This document shows, piece after piece, positions 1 to 12,874 of a stretch of 64,000 nt of DNA. Position 1 is the first letter of the stretch. Each line of letters opens with the position of its first letter. The DNA lies in contig NW_026515684.1 in NCBI RefSeq assembly GCF_025526975.1, positions 372,001 to 436,000 of the forward strand. The letters run 5' to 3'. The notes below the pieces were generated by a model, which worked only from the letters and a program-made list of their open reading frames with translations, ran no database searches and had not been told where the DNA came from. Made by a program: the position numbers and the translations under genes. This stretch comes from Fimicolochytrium jonesii (Eukaryota).

Positions 1-919
1 AACATGGGGGACGACGCGTTCGGGTGGGAGCCACTCCCCTCGCCCCCCTCTCGTTACTCTTGCGATCTGGCTTCCCCACCTCATGATGAATCAGTCTATG
101 CAGATGGAAATCCCTCACGGGCTCTGGCCCACAGGCTCTCCCTGCATCACACAATGGTCACTACAGCATCAGATGGAGGGGAAAAGGTCTTCACGGGAGG
201 AGGAGGAAATCGTTTGTCGCGTCCTCACACCTCCGACGCTTAAAGGACGTCCCAAACCCCACCCGATGAGCGCGACCCTCGGCGGCGATTCTGACCACCA
301 CCCGTTTTGCCAGTACCAGAAAGGGGAACGAAAGCACCGCCCATCACCGCCATGAACATGTAGGTATCGATTGCCAACTGATAAATCGGGTGGCTTCAAG
401 ATCGGAAAAAAATTGCCAAAGGGTGGGCCGCAATGAGCAATCTCGGGCACTCTTTGGTGATGCATGCTTACCGTACTGTACGTTTTGTTTGCCTGACCTG
501 GTCGTCATGATTCCCTACCAACCTCCGGGGACTTGATCCCAAATCCACCGCGAAAGGACTAGAGCTTCGTTATGGAGCCGTGGGGCAGTGATGCGAAATG
601 ACCGGCGGTGTAATGACCGGCAAGATAACCGACTCTATCCAGCTGCATTGAACCAAGACTTCCCTTTGTGGAAAAGGTGCGGGATTGCTCGCCAGATTCA
701 ATGTCGTTGTGAGTCACGCACGACGCGACCCCCTGCTGACGTGATCCGACCTGTTTGACGGGGCGGTGGGTTGTCGAATTCACCTTCGCCCCAAACCCCC
801 ATCCGAGTTCCCCTTTCAGAGCATCGGATGACGGGGAAAAGCTAGCTCCAATTCAGAACCTCACCCACTTCACTCAAAAAAAAACGGTCAAAGCGCCCCC
901 CCCCCCCCGCTCCCCAACG

Positions 920-1381
920 ATGAAAGCAGATCACCTCACCCGCAATGCATCACCGTGCCGTGCGCGACCGCCACCCGCCATCCCCAAGTCATCCCCAGAA
1001 GCAGGCTCATCACCACCCCCACCGGCAGAGGTATCCGCATCATTGGCTCCGGCGGCTGAACGCGAGTGTCAGATACGTACCGCGGCATACACACCATCGC
1101 CATCTACGTCCACATCAAGATCAGTCCAACCACCAAGCCGGGGCACATGGCCCTCCAAAATCCGCGCCCTCCACTTCACCCGCCTCGTCTACGCCACCTC
1201 CCGCCCACACACAGCGCGGACACCCCACCGCTTCCTCACCCGCCTCCTGCGCCGCCGCGGCGAAATCGAGCGCGAGCTCGGCCGCGACGCGTTCGTGGGG
1301 ATGTGGCGGCGGTGGCGGGTGTTGGGGCGGTGTCTCGAGGCGTGGGTGGGCGGTATGGATGGGGGGCTACCGGACGCTTGA
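920..1381 (+). CDS. Hypothetical ~153-aa protein (Pro/Ser-rich N-terminal half, basic/aromatic C-terminal half)
   Basis: ATG at 920 within ORF 755..1381. Shows the C-rich then G-rich composition seen in real exons of this window. No recognisable domain. Confidence 0.4.
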   Translation: MKADHLTRNASPCRARPPPAIPKSSPEAGSSPPPPAEVSASLAPAAERECQIRTAAYTPSPSTSTSRSVQPPSRGTWPSKIRALHFTRLVYATSRPHTARTPHRFLTRLLRRRGEIERELGRDAFVGMWRRWRVLGRCLEAWVGGMDGGLPDA

Positions 1382-1944
1382 GAAATGGCTCATGACGCAG
1401 ACTAGGAGGGGATCGTAAGGGCAGAAGACAAGAGACCCCGCGGTGCTTCAACTTTTTTTTGGGACTGTTTTGTATGTACAGGAAACATGGACGCGGGAGG
1501 GGGAGGGGATGATAGATTTACAAGTTTGGAAGGCCGTGTGATGGGGGGGGGGGGGGGGGGCGTAGAACTTTTTGTTTTGCGAAACGAGGGAACGACGGGA
1601 CGGGATTGTGTGGGTGCAGGGAAAAAAAGGGGGGTGTGAAAAAAGACAACCCGGGCAAGGGCGGGACGGGGCGTCATGGACGTGCGGTGCAGCGATGGTT
1701 GGGTGTACAGTACTTAACCGCGCTCGAAGCAGATTCGGGGCGTGATGTTTTCGCCTGCATTGTTCATTACCGTCTCGTCTCGCGAGCTATCTGTGAGGTG
1801 GGTACACCACCACCCCATCGGGATTCTGCGTGAATGTAACACGTGTCGAAATTCAACTGGGAAGAGGAATCTGGGGTTGCGCGGTGATGCGGGACGTAGG
1901 TGTCGTGTCGGGTCGAGCGTTGGGGTGATGCCACCGTCCCCACC

Positions 1945-3423
1945 CTACGAGATCAAAATCAAGACAACCACAAGCACGACGATCGCGACAACGACCATGA
2001 TGCAGCACAGCTTGTTGCGTGCCGAGCGCTGGTACCGGTCCGCGGTCCGTAGTTCCCCCGTGGCGTTCTCGAGGTTGATTTCTACGGCTTGGACGTTGGA
2101 TTCGATGTTGTCTGTATTGCGAGGGGGGGTTAGAATGATGGATGAAGTTAATTAGGGGTGATGAATGGAATGATACACTGCCTCGCTCCCGCTCGCGACA
2201 AGGATGTTGGGGCCTGCGATGCGCTTACTCACCAAGCATATACTGCTGCTCATGCACCATCGTCCCCAGATCCCTAAAGATCTCATTCACCTCCGCGATA
2301 CTCTGCTCAATCCCCTTCAAATCCTGTTCCCTCTCCGCAATCAACGCCTCATTAAACTCAATCTCATTGTCCAGCACCACCAGCTGCTGTCTCTGATGCG
2401 CCGCCATCAGCGGCTGGCCCTCGTCTGCATCCTCAACGTCGACGTCGGGGGGGAACCCATCTGCGGCGTGCGTGTGGGCGGCTTTGGCGAGGGAGACGTA
2501 CTCGCGGGATTTTTCGGCGGCTTGTTTGGAGACCAGTTGGAACCGTTTGAGGACTTGTTCAAAGTCCTTTTGAAGCTTTTGTTGCGCCATTTTGCGTTGC
2601 CGGTGCGTGTAGGTGTCGCCTGGGAATGGAGCGAAGCGTGGGTTGGGTCAGCCATTATAACCCATCGACCATCAAGCATCATCAACCCCATCAACCATTC
2701 ATTGACCATCAAGCATCATCAATCACTGTGCGTTGTGAAGAATGACCGTTCGCTGTCGCTCACACTGAGAACGATGTAAGGGGAGGCTTGATGGTGCTCG
2801 CTCTGCTCGCAAAAGATCTGACGCTCGCTGATGCTCGCCAAGAGCCCGTGGTCAGGGGAGTAATGCGCCTCTGGCGCAATGTGGCTCGCTCCGCTCGCAC
2901 TCACTGGGTTCGTCCTCGCTTCCCTCGGTATTACACTGCACTCGCCTCGTGGCTCGCCTCGGGCTCACGTACCTCCTGCGTGCGACGGGTTCGCAGCGAG
3001 TATCGCCTTCAAATCGCTTCCAGTCTGCCTCACCATCGCCCTCGTCTCCTCGGTCGTATCATGCAGTCTACTCCTCAAATCCGCCGTATCCTTCTCGGTC
3101 CCAAACAGCGAAACAAGTTTCTGAATCGTCGCGACATTATTGGAGATGGTGAAAATCGTACGGGACGCTCTATCGATCGTTGTTGCGTCGTTTGCGTTTG
3201 GCGGGTGGCCTGCTGGTGGTGATGAGGTTGAGGATGTGGATGAGGGACCCGCGAATGGTGGGGGCGTGTCGTGGTTGTTGTGGGTGTTGGTGTCCTGGCG
3301 GCCGCCGAAAGAGCCGCCTCGCCCGCTACTAGCTGACCCTGCTCTGCCGTCCCAGGGGGTGTTTTGGCCGCTGTTGCCGTTGCCGCCCCGGGGCAAGCCC
3401 TTTTCGAGATCGCCGAATGACAT
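1945..3423 (-). CDS. Endosomal/vacuolar Qa-SNARE syntaxin (Pep12/syntaxin-7/12-like), spliced
   Basis: Starts MSFGDLEKG. Habc-like region (LFGTEKDTADLRSRLH; QQKLQKDF). SNARE motif LIAEREQDLKGIEQSIAEVNEIFRDLGTMVHEQ..DNIESNV. C-terminal TM CCIMVVVAIVVLVVVLILIS*. GT-AG introns, e.g. 2620-2972. Confidence 0.93.
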
Positions 3424-3719
3424 GAGGGGTGTGCTTTGAGAGTGTGACGTTTGCGGGGGGGCTTTTGCAGGCGGACGGAGAGTCGAACAGAGAGAGAGCC
3501 AGAGGCAGCGAGGGGTAGGCTGAGTGAAAGAAGAGAGGAGATGAGGTTGGCTGAAGGTCCTGTCCTGGGAGGCCGTTCGTAGTTCTGTTGTGTGTTGTGT
3601 GTTCGAGGGGGGGGGAGAGCGAGAGAGGTGTGACGTGTGACGCGGCCTCTCGCAAGGTGTTCCGTCCCCCTCCTGTCTCTTCCTGTTTCTCCCTCCTATC
3701 CCTCCCGCTGCTGCTAACA

Positions 3720-5696
3720 ATGCAAGACGAACCCACCGCCGCCGCCGTGGGCTCTCTCGCTCGGCCCTATCCGTCTCCCATGGCCCACTCAGAGATACAC
3801 ACAGACCCACCCCCGCCCTCCTTGTCCGACCCCCACCTTCCGTCTCACCACACCCGCCCGTACGATGGAGAACACAACTATAACGCTCACGGCGACGAGG
3901 ATAAAAAGTTTACGACCGCTGCAATGTCTGCCAGGACTCAGGAGGCTTGGAAGAACTTGACTCTGTCTGAAATTAGTGGGTCGCTTGGTATGTAGAGGGA
4001 GGGAGGTTGGGGAGTTTCAAGTGAGGAGGTGAAGACGACATCGGAGGGACGGCGGGCGGCGCAGGCGCAATACCTGTGAGCGACAGCGAAGAATCGTGCC
4101 AATCGGTTTTATTTGGCTGATCGTTGATCGTTGACGGTGGTTAATGAGTTGAAATTCCTTACAGGCGACATGGGCACACTGCTCCCACTGCTGGTGGCAT
4201 TAACCAAGACGGGCCAGATCTCCCTTCCGGCTTCGTTGATCTTTGGTGGACTGTACAATATCATCACTGGGGTGAGGATTCGTATTTTAGGAGAGGGTGA
4301 CAGGGAATCATAATTGACTGACGGACCTGCGTCTACTTTCTTTGCGGACGATTTGGCAGTTCGTATTTGGGATTCCCGTAAGTGTCAAGCACCATTCGAC
4401 TTGACCCTCCATTGATGTTCAGTTGCAAGAGAAATCTCACATCTTTCCCACCTGTCCACCCCCCCTCAGATGTGCGTCCAACCCATGAAATCCATCTCCG
4501 CAATAGCCCTCGCCACACAAATGCCCCAATCCCAAATCGTCGCCGCAGGCTTCAGCGTCTCCGCCATCATCCTCATCCTAGGCCTCACACGCACAATCAC
4601 CCTCCTCAACACCCTGATCCCCCTCTCCATCGTCCGCGGCATCCAGCTCGGCACGGGTCTAACCCTCATCACCAACGGCGTCAACACAATCCTCAAATCA
4701 AACGCGTGGGAATTCGCAAACTGGGCTTGGCTTGATAACTTCTTCCTTGCGATCCTCGCGTTCGGAGCCTGTGTGTGGAACTGGAACGCGAGACGGAACC
4801 CGAGCGCCGTGCTGCTGTTCCTGGTCGGTATAGCCATCGCAGCCGTCAAACTCCACGCCATCGACAAAACAACACCACCCCCCTCCTTCGGGTTCCCGGA
4901 CCTGACGCCCCACGTCCCCACCGCCACCGATTTCAAAACAGGTTTCCTAACCGCCGGCCTCGGCCAGCTACCCCTCACCCTCCTCAACTCCGTCATCGCC
5001 GTCTCCAAACTGGCCGACGACCTCTTCCCCACCCTCCGCAAGAGTCGCAACCAACCCGTCGCACCCATCACACACGTAGCAACCTGCGTCGGCCTCATGA
5101 ACATCCTCGGCACATGGTTCGGGTCAATCCCCTTTTGCCACGGGTCTGGCGGGCTAGCCGCGCAACACCGGTTTGGCGCCCGAACGGCGTCCTCCATCTA
5201 TTTCCTGGGCGTCCTGAAGATTGTGGCGGGCGGCTTGTTTGGCGCCTCGTTAAGCGGGTTGTTTGCAAGGGTGCCGAACAGCGTGCTCGGGGTCATGTTG
5301 GTCGGGGCCGGGGCGGGCTTGGTGGGCGTCACGAGGGATATGGGCGGGGTGGAGCCCTACATGGTGAGTGAGATGCGCGATCAGGGCAACCCGCCGTCAT
5401 CAGCAACGCAAACTGAGCATGCACACGCCCGTGAGAACGCCCACACAACAATGATCCTCACCGGCTGCGCGACCTCCTTCTTCAAGAACGACGGCGTCGG
5501 GTTCTTGGTCGGCGTTGCTGTCGCGTGCCTGTTCTGGGCCCGCGCGTGCCTGGATCACAGCGAGGCCCACGGTGGGAAGGCAAACGCTCTTCGCCGGGGC
5601 CTGAGAGAACGATGGACGGAGGTGAGGGTGGGCTGGACGGGAGAATGGGGGAGCGAGCGGAAGGAAGCGGCGCGTGGGTCGGCGCGGACGGTGTGA
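3720..5696 (+). CDS. Molybdate transporter, MOT1/MOT2 (MFS_MOT1) family, spliced
   Basis: EISGSLG|DMGTLLP, FGIP|MCVQPMKSI, SIVRGIQLG, QLPLTLLNSVIAV, PFCHGSGGLAAQHRFGAR are characteristic MOT motifs. Intron 3988-4164 plus two short introns. Confidence 0.9.
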
Positions 5697-6058
5697 GCTC
5701 AGCTCAGCCTGGCGCTAGCGAGATGGCAACACGAACCGGCACGCAGGATCGTGCACCCGACCGCCTTGCTGAGGTTCAGCAGGACAGAGAACGGACGGAG
5801 GGCGTTTAGAGATACCGGCGTACATATTAGACTCGGTATTTTAGACCACGCCCCGCACCGCTCTGGCGTCGGGGCATTGCACATGGAGAATCGCTACTGT
5901 ACGGTGGTCATCAACTATTCCTTCACCTACAGTTTCGTTGTTCGTCTGTCTGTGGTTTGAATCCGAGCGAGCATCCCCCTCTTCAGATTACTTGTTCACA
6001 CACCCAAAAATATACCCCACCCCCCTCCCTTTGCCCCCGCTTCTCAACAACCCCACGA

Positions 6059-9000
6059 TCACTCCTCGATAACCCCCCTAACGCACCCCCTCCCGCGCAC
6101 CACAACCACCACACTCCCAACCTCCTCCCCCTCCTCCCCCGCCTCCCCAGCCACAATCGGCACCTCAATCACATCCCCTTGGGTATCCTCGATCCACTCT
6201 TGCAGGTCAAACGAGGCGTAGCCTATCAGGCGGTCTTCAGCGTGAGAGGCGGGGCAGAGGATGGCGAGGGAGCAGCGGGCGTCGGCGTCGTCGGGGGAGA
6301 GGAGGGCGCGGCGGAGGCGGAAGCGTTCGCGGCGGTGCGTTGTTGAGTCCAGTGGAAAAACTGTTTTGGGATTTCAGAGGAGTGCCATAGCTTTTTTAGC
6401 AATGGAAAACTGTGCGAAATAAAAAAAAAGAATTTCACGGAACCAACAAATACAGGGGGGAAGGTAGGGGAACTTACACTGCCGCCACCCAACCGCGACA
6501 TCCCCGCTCTCCTCGACATCACACACAGGCGACTCCCCGCCTTCCGCCACATCCAGTGGGAACTCCTCGAGGGCGATAAACACGGCGGAGGGGAGCTGGT
6601 CGGGCGGTAAGGAGAGGTGCAGGGCATCGACTGTTAATGTCAGGCCTTCTTCTTCCTCTTGTTGTTCTTGGTCGTGGTGGTGGTGAGCAGCTGATGGTGT
6701 ATGTGCGGTATGTCGATCGGAAAATTCATCCCGCGCATTCGTGACCTTACGCACCGGCTCCCCTTGCACATCACCGTCAACCCCGCCCTCCCCAACAGAT
6801 ACGCCCCCCACACTCGTCCGTCTCGACCCGGTCGCAGGCGTCGCCTGCCCCGGACTCGCCAACGCCGACCGACTCGTCGCCTCCGTCAGATGCTCCCCCG
6901 GTTCCGGTTTCGGTTTCCCGAGCGGGAGGCGCCGCCGCGTCCTCGTCGTTCGCCCAAACGGCGGCGGCACAGGCGCGGACGGATCCCGCGGCGGTCTTTG
7001 CTGTGGTTGCATCCGTTTGACACTCATCTCTTTCCAATCCAGGTGAGGCACCACCGCCGCGGACTGGACTCTGTACGGCTGTTCCCAGCTTAGACTCAGC
7101 GTCAGTTTGCCGGCAGGCGCGTTATCGGAGCCGAAGATGTCAAATGCGCCGGTGATGGAGTCGCCGAGGGCGAGGGAGAGAAGGGGGATGGCGCAGGTGC
7201 CGTAGATAAAGTCGTTGTCGGAGTCTTCGAGGACCATTATGCGGAGCTGTGTGTGTGGGGGTTTGCGGGATACGTGAGCTTCCCACACCCGGAGGTGGCT
7301 CGCAGTGATACGGGAAAAAAAAGAGCCTTACATCCCCAGTCCGCAACTTCCGATCCAACTCCGCGGTCATCACCATCCTAAACGTGCGCAGGAGGTTGAA
7401 TTCCGGGTTCGCGGTGCCCCTTACTGTGCTCTACAACTCAGGAAACCACCCACGTCAATCTAACCGCCCCCCACTTTCAATTTTACTTCCCCCCCAATCG
7501 ATTTTCCGGGACTCACCGTAACAACATGATCATGTCCCGGCAACTGAAACGCCAAATACACAGCCGGCTCGCCCGCTTTCCCGTCTTGCCGCCGTGCACG
7601 GTCGATGTCCAACCCCTCGCATTTATCAATCTTCAAGACGAGCTCGTTTACTTTGCCGTGTTTCGTGGTCCTGAACAACGCATCGGAAGTAAGTAAGACA
7701 TACAAACGCCAATGACTGAATGCACAACGGATGCGGTCAGAAAACTTACGCTGCAACATCAGCATCAGCATCAGCGAGAAGCCCTAACGCACCGCTCCGT
7801 TCCTTGAACGCGCGGATAGTCTGCGCCATGGGCAACTTGACGCTGAGGGTGTAGTTCAGCCGGCCGATGATCGTCTTCTGTCGAATCGCGGAGAGCATGT
7901 TAGTCCAAGAGGAGAGCAGAGTGGGAGTGGTATGGATGTCGGGAGAGCGGGCCCGCACGGGACGCCTAGCCGTACATGATCATGCGAGCTCACGAGATCG
8001 CCATAATACTGCAGTTTGTCTGCCTTGCTGGGATCCGTCAAGTCTTTGAACCTCACAACACTAGAAAAAGGATATAAGTTCACCACCAAACACCCCCAAA
8101 TGATCCCGAGTCGACTTTCTTCCGCATACCATTCAGCAACCTCGACGAAATCCAACCCATCCGCGCGGCACAGATACACCGTCACGGGCTGCATCTGCAG
8201 GTACATAAGGCAGAAATCGTCGATAAAGAGCTTATATCTGCGCCAAGAGGATCAATGAAAGTGTCAGCCATCAGTCATCAGTCATCGTCCCCATTCTTCT
8301 CCTCTCTCTCCTTCCCCAGATCAACAACACATTTAACCCCAGAACATACTTGGCAGTGAAATTCCACCCCATCTTCTCCCCGACCGCCAACCCCGTAACG
8401 GCCGTCTCAAAATCAAAGAAATCGAAATAACAGAACGTCGCAAACGTGCCGTGGGAGCGTGGCTCGTTCGTGTTGTGGAGCCGTTGGAGGAAGGTGACGC
8501 CTTCGGGAGTGAGGCGGGCGGAATGGAGGTGGATGCTGAGGAGGTTTTGGCCTGTCGGGCGTGAGAGAGGGTTGTGGCGTGAGGGGTTGGAAGGTAGACG
8601 AGGGAGGAAATAGGGTTTTTTGAGGTACCTTTTTCGAGCTGGACGTCGTCATCATCCGTTAAGGACAGATCAGGTTTGCCTATTCAACCAAACAGCTGTG
8701 AGCAAAAAAGTCCACACCTCCAACAATGGGAACTGCAAGTGGTTTTCTGCGCGGCACCTTTAACATCCACACTCGCAGCATTCCTCAACTGCGCCTCCAG
8801 CACCGCTATCCGGTTCGCTCTCAGCTCCAACAGTCGCGCATCTTCCTCCAGTCTCGTCTCTACACAGAAAGACATCAACATAAGGCCCACCCCACCCACA
8901 TCCCGCCCCCCATATTTCATACACACCATACTCATTCCGCACAGCCTCAACCCGCCTCCCCAGAACCGCCACCTCATCCTTATAATCCCGATTGATGCCT

Positions 9001-11496
9001 TCCTGCAGCTGCAGCAGCTTGCGCGTTTTTTCCAAGTCTGCCGTCGCGCGGGTGAATTGCAGGCGGAGCTCTTTCAAGAGTTGTCGTTCCTTTTTAAAAT
9101 GCGCCATGGTGTCAATATACACATCTGGAGGATAAGCGAGGGGGCATGTGAAGGGAGCTTACATCATCGTCAACAGGCCTAGGTGCTTCTCGTACACCGC
9201 CTTTGGACCGATAGTACTCGAGCGCGTCACGCAACTCGTTCCAGTCGGGTTTGGAACTGGGGTATAACCCGCGCAACTGTTTTTTGAGTTCGTCTAGCTC
9301 GGCTTGGAGGTTGGAGAGGCTTGCCTCTGCTTTTTGCTTGGCTTCTTGAGATGTTTTGTTCTGTTCTGCATGGGCAGGAGGGGAACGAACGTGGAGTGAG
9401 GTTACTGACCACCGGTCCACATGAATCCATACATTGGCAATTTTGACACATACCCCTCAACTCCGCCACAATCGCCTGCCCCTTCGCCTGATCTCTCAAG
9501 GCATCTGCCAACTGCGCGCTCAACTCATCGACCCGGCTGCGCAGTTTGGCAGCCTCAGCAGCGTACTCGTCCATACGCTGGGTGTTGAATTGCGAGGCGA
9601 GGAGCCGTTTCTGTTCTTCTTCCAGGAGACGTTTTTCCGCGCGGAGGTCTTCTATTATTATTTTCAGCTGGAGCGTCAAGATGGGTTAGGTTGCTTTGCG
9701 GCTTTTCTCCTTCGCACACGAACAAAAGCACAAGAAAACCCCACCTCACCCTCCCTCCTCTCCCCTCCCTCCAACGCTCTACACCTCTCCTCCGCCTCAG
9801 CCCTCTTGTCCCTCTCCGCTCTGAGCTCCTTATTCAGCGCCTCCATCGCGCTAAGCACCTCCCCGTATTTCTCCGTCATCGCGCGCAGTTTCGCGTCGGT
9901 GGATGTGGAGGTGTCGCGGAGGGCGTCGTACCGGGCTTGGAGGTCGGACAGCGTGCGTTGCGTTGAGAGGAGGGTTAAAGTTGATTCTTGGTTGTTGCTG
10001 AAAGTATCGCAGGGATGAGTTGGGGAGATGTGACGGGCGATCCGCTGGGCGCTTCCAACGCGCACCTGTCAGCCTCAGCTCTCAACCTCCCGTTCTCGTC
10101 GTTGGACTGTGCGAGATCGCGTTCGGCGTCCATCAGTTTCGCGCGGAGCATTGTTACGATTTCTTCTCTGCGGTCAACCAACGATAGCGTCAGAAGAAGG
10201 GAGATTGTCTACGACAAAGCCATATTCATGGGCTTACATACAGTTTTTCTACTTCTTCGTTCCGCGGTGTCGAGGCTCCGTCGCCGCTGCTATCCAAAAC
10301 ATACGCCTTTCAGTGGTTTTAAGCTGAGTTCGTGCCCGGATATATGGCAGGGACCTACGCGTCAGGATGCGCTGGCGCTGCACGGCCTCTGCCTCGTCTG
10401 CGTATCGAGTTGGATTGTAAGCCAACAACGCAACGGGTGTGCGACATGGATTGTATGTACCCACCCTCTCACAGCCAACGCCGGATAAAGCTTCCGCAGA
10501 CCCTACAAACCGTTTGCTCACGACGTCAGACGCCGACGAAGAAACACGCTTTTTCAAAGTGTACCTCATCTGCTTCCCCCCCACTCATACCGAATTGGTT
10601 CTTGGCGGAATATGGTCATATCTCGCGCCTTTCCTCGTCTCTGCTTCATGCAACGCCTTGAAGAAATTCATCTATATCCAAGGGAAAATCAATCAACCGA
10701 TCCCCCGCAAAATCGCCACCCAAATATCCCTCGCAAAGTCTGATTCCCCACCTTATTCTTCAACTGGGAATTCTCTTTCGCCACATTGCGCATCTGCGTC
10801 CGCAAATCGTCCACCAGATCCTCCATCTCTGCTGCTTCGCGGCGGTTCATGACGCCTGTTTGGGGGCGCCTCTAAGGGCGTCGTTCGTCAGGGTTTTGCC
10901 GACTGCATATGCGTGTATGTGAGAGTAGTGAGTGGACATACCGCGCTGGACGGTCGCGATGGAAGCTGGTGCGGGTGCGAGGGAGTTCTCTTTTGCGCGG
11001 CGGAGGTCGTCGGTCAGTTTTTGCACTTTTGTTATCAGCCTTTTTCATTTTTGAGCTGGGGTTAGCAAATATTCTAGCAAGACAGGGCCTCGCTGACGCT
11101 CGCCTACAAACTGCGACTGGTCTCTGTCGCTCACCGCTCGCTTCGCTCGCGTAGACGGTCTAAGCTCACTCACTACCGCTCGGTCTCCCATCGCAATCCA
11201 TCGCGCCCGCTAATGCTCCGATGTCCCATCCCAAACTCCCTAAGGCCCGCACTTCCATCTCAAAGCAGGAAACATACTGCTTGGTCTTCTCATCCTGGTC
11301 ATTCACTTTCCGCTTCAAGTCCAGGTTCTCGTTTTTCAGGCCGTAGAATTCATCGTCGAAGGGTAACTCCGGGCGAAGGCCTTGAATCGCAAGAGAGAAA
11401 ACATAAGGCACGTTACGAAAGACTTTGTGTTGTTTGTGTGAGGAGTACGATACCAGCTTTCCCGGAAGCAACCATTCCGCCGAGACGAGAAGTCAT
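6059..11496 (-). CDS. RPGRIP1L: RPGRIP1L/Fantom-like ciliary transition-zone protein (coiled coils plus three C2 domains), many introns
   Basis: N-terminus DEFYGLKNENLDLKRKVNDQDEKTK. Long coiled coils ending LELRANRIAVLEAQLR. C2 segments IDDFCLMYLQMQPVTV..IIGRLNYTLSVKLPMAQTIRAFKERSGALG and DFIYGTCAIPLLSLALGDSITGAFDI..GKLTLSLSW. Last exon ends VRGVIEE* at 6059. Confidence 0.88.
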
Positions 11497-12874
11497 CTTG
11501 GGAGGGAGTGTTCGGGGAGACTGAGGGTGGGCAGCGGGAGCTGGGAAAGAGGACGACGAGGGAAGCTGGTGGGACGGAGACCAGAGCCTTGCCTTACAGT
11601 AGATGCATATGTGGTTTGGGGTTGACCCACCAACGTCTTTGTGCATATGCAAGAGGCCCCAGGGAACATCACGACACTGAACTGGAACGCGACACGCTTG
11701 CGAGCAACACCCCAAACAACAAGGAAGGCCCACACGGAAACTACGACGCTATGACAAAGTAGTTCGCTATACACAGAACGAACTTGCCAAGTACACTGGG
11801 CACCGATGATATAGGAGGAACTTGGCACGTCGAAAGAGGGAAACAGTGCCGCTCGTCTCAAAAATCATCTGGCGGGAGGATGGACGCTTCATGATTTTTG
11901 AGACGAGCGGCTTGCTGCATCCGGGTAAGGGGCATATGGCTGATGTTCGAGACTCGTCAAGACTCAAGGACACAAAGAGGTTCTTCATGGCCTGGTGAGT
12001 GTGTGTTTTTGATGCTGTGAAGACGGACTTTTTCTCACTTCCAGCCCCTCCAGCTTGGTTGCCCAAACCGAAACTGTGTTCAGCAGGCATGGACACCAAA
12101 TGCGAATACCAAGAAAATATCACTCAACCCACACCAAAGCTCAGCGGCTGTTCGACCGCGCCTCTTCAACAGAGACCACGCGGCCACAAGCAATATGAAG
12201 GCCATCGTCTGGAGCAACGTCATGCATGGGCACATTCCTGTGGCATACCAGCGTGGGACGGCGCGGCAGCCACAGCAGCGTGGGTTGGAACAGGACAATC
12301 TGGATGGGGACGCGGTTCGCAGGAAGCGCAAATCCCTGAAGTACCGCACTCGTCATCCACGCGGGTGAGTGTGATTGGAGTCCTATTATGAAATACAGCT
12401 TTGGCGGGGTTTCGATGATGTGAAGGAATCGTCAACGGGACCGACTAGGGCCCCGCCAGGTCCGGATGGGTTTTCGCCCTTACCATGGATCGCTTTTAGA
12501 GGCGACCGATGCATATATAGTTGCTTTTCTGAGGCTTCTTGTAGTTGCTTAACTTGTAAGACGAGGAGATGAAGCCGTGAGTGTGGATATGGGACTTATA
12601 CTCTGTATTGGTTTTGTGGTCCAGAACCGGGGTGCTTCAAAAGTGTCATACGTGAGGTCGAAATCGGAAACATATCCCCATACCCGTCAAGTTATTATTT
12701 GGTTTAGACGGCCAGAACGTAAACCCCCACCGCCTTTGCCCGCTGCCGGGCACTATTAATCTATATTTATACGTCTATGGAGACTCTATGCGTCTAATGA
12801 TTCTATTAAGCCGTCGATGGATTCAAAAATGGAAGGCCCAACCGAAAATGCAACACAGTTTGCACTCTGTGCGT

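Noticed and set aside
4..243. ORF at the window start
   Set aside because: Could be the 3' end of an upstream gene, but it has no recognisable domain and the context is truncated.
410..800. Possible structured ncRNA (SRP or RNase MRP-like words; hairpin at ~416-460)
   Set aside because: Only isolated words match (GGTGTAATGACC, AAGTCCCCGG on the minus strand). No SRP helix-8 motif or MRP CR-V was found. A covariance-model search would be needed.
11767..12435. Short overlapping ORFs upstream of RPGRIP1L
   Set aside because: No coherent gene model or recognisable motif.
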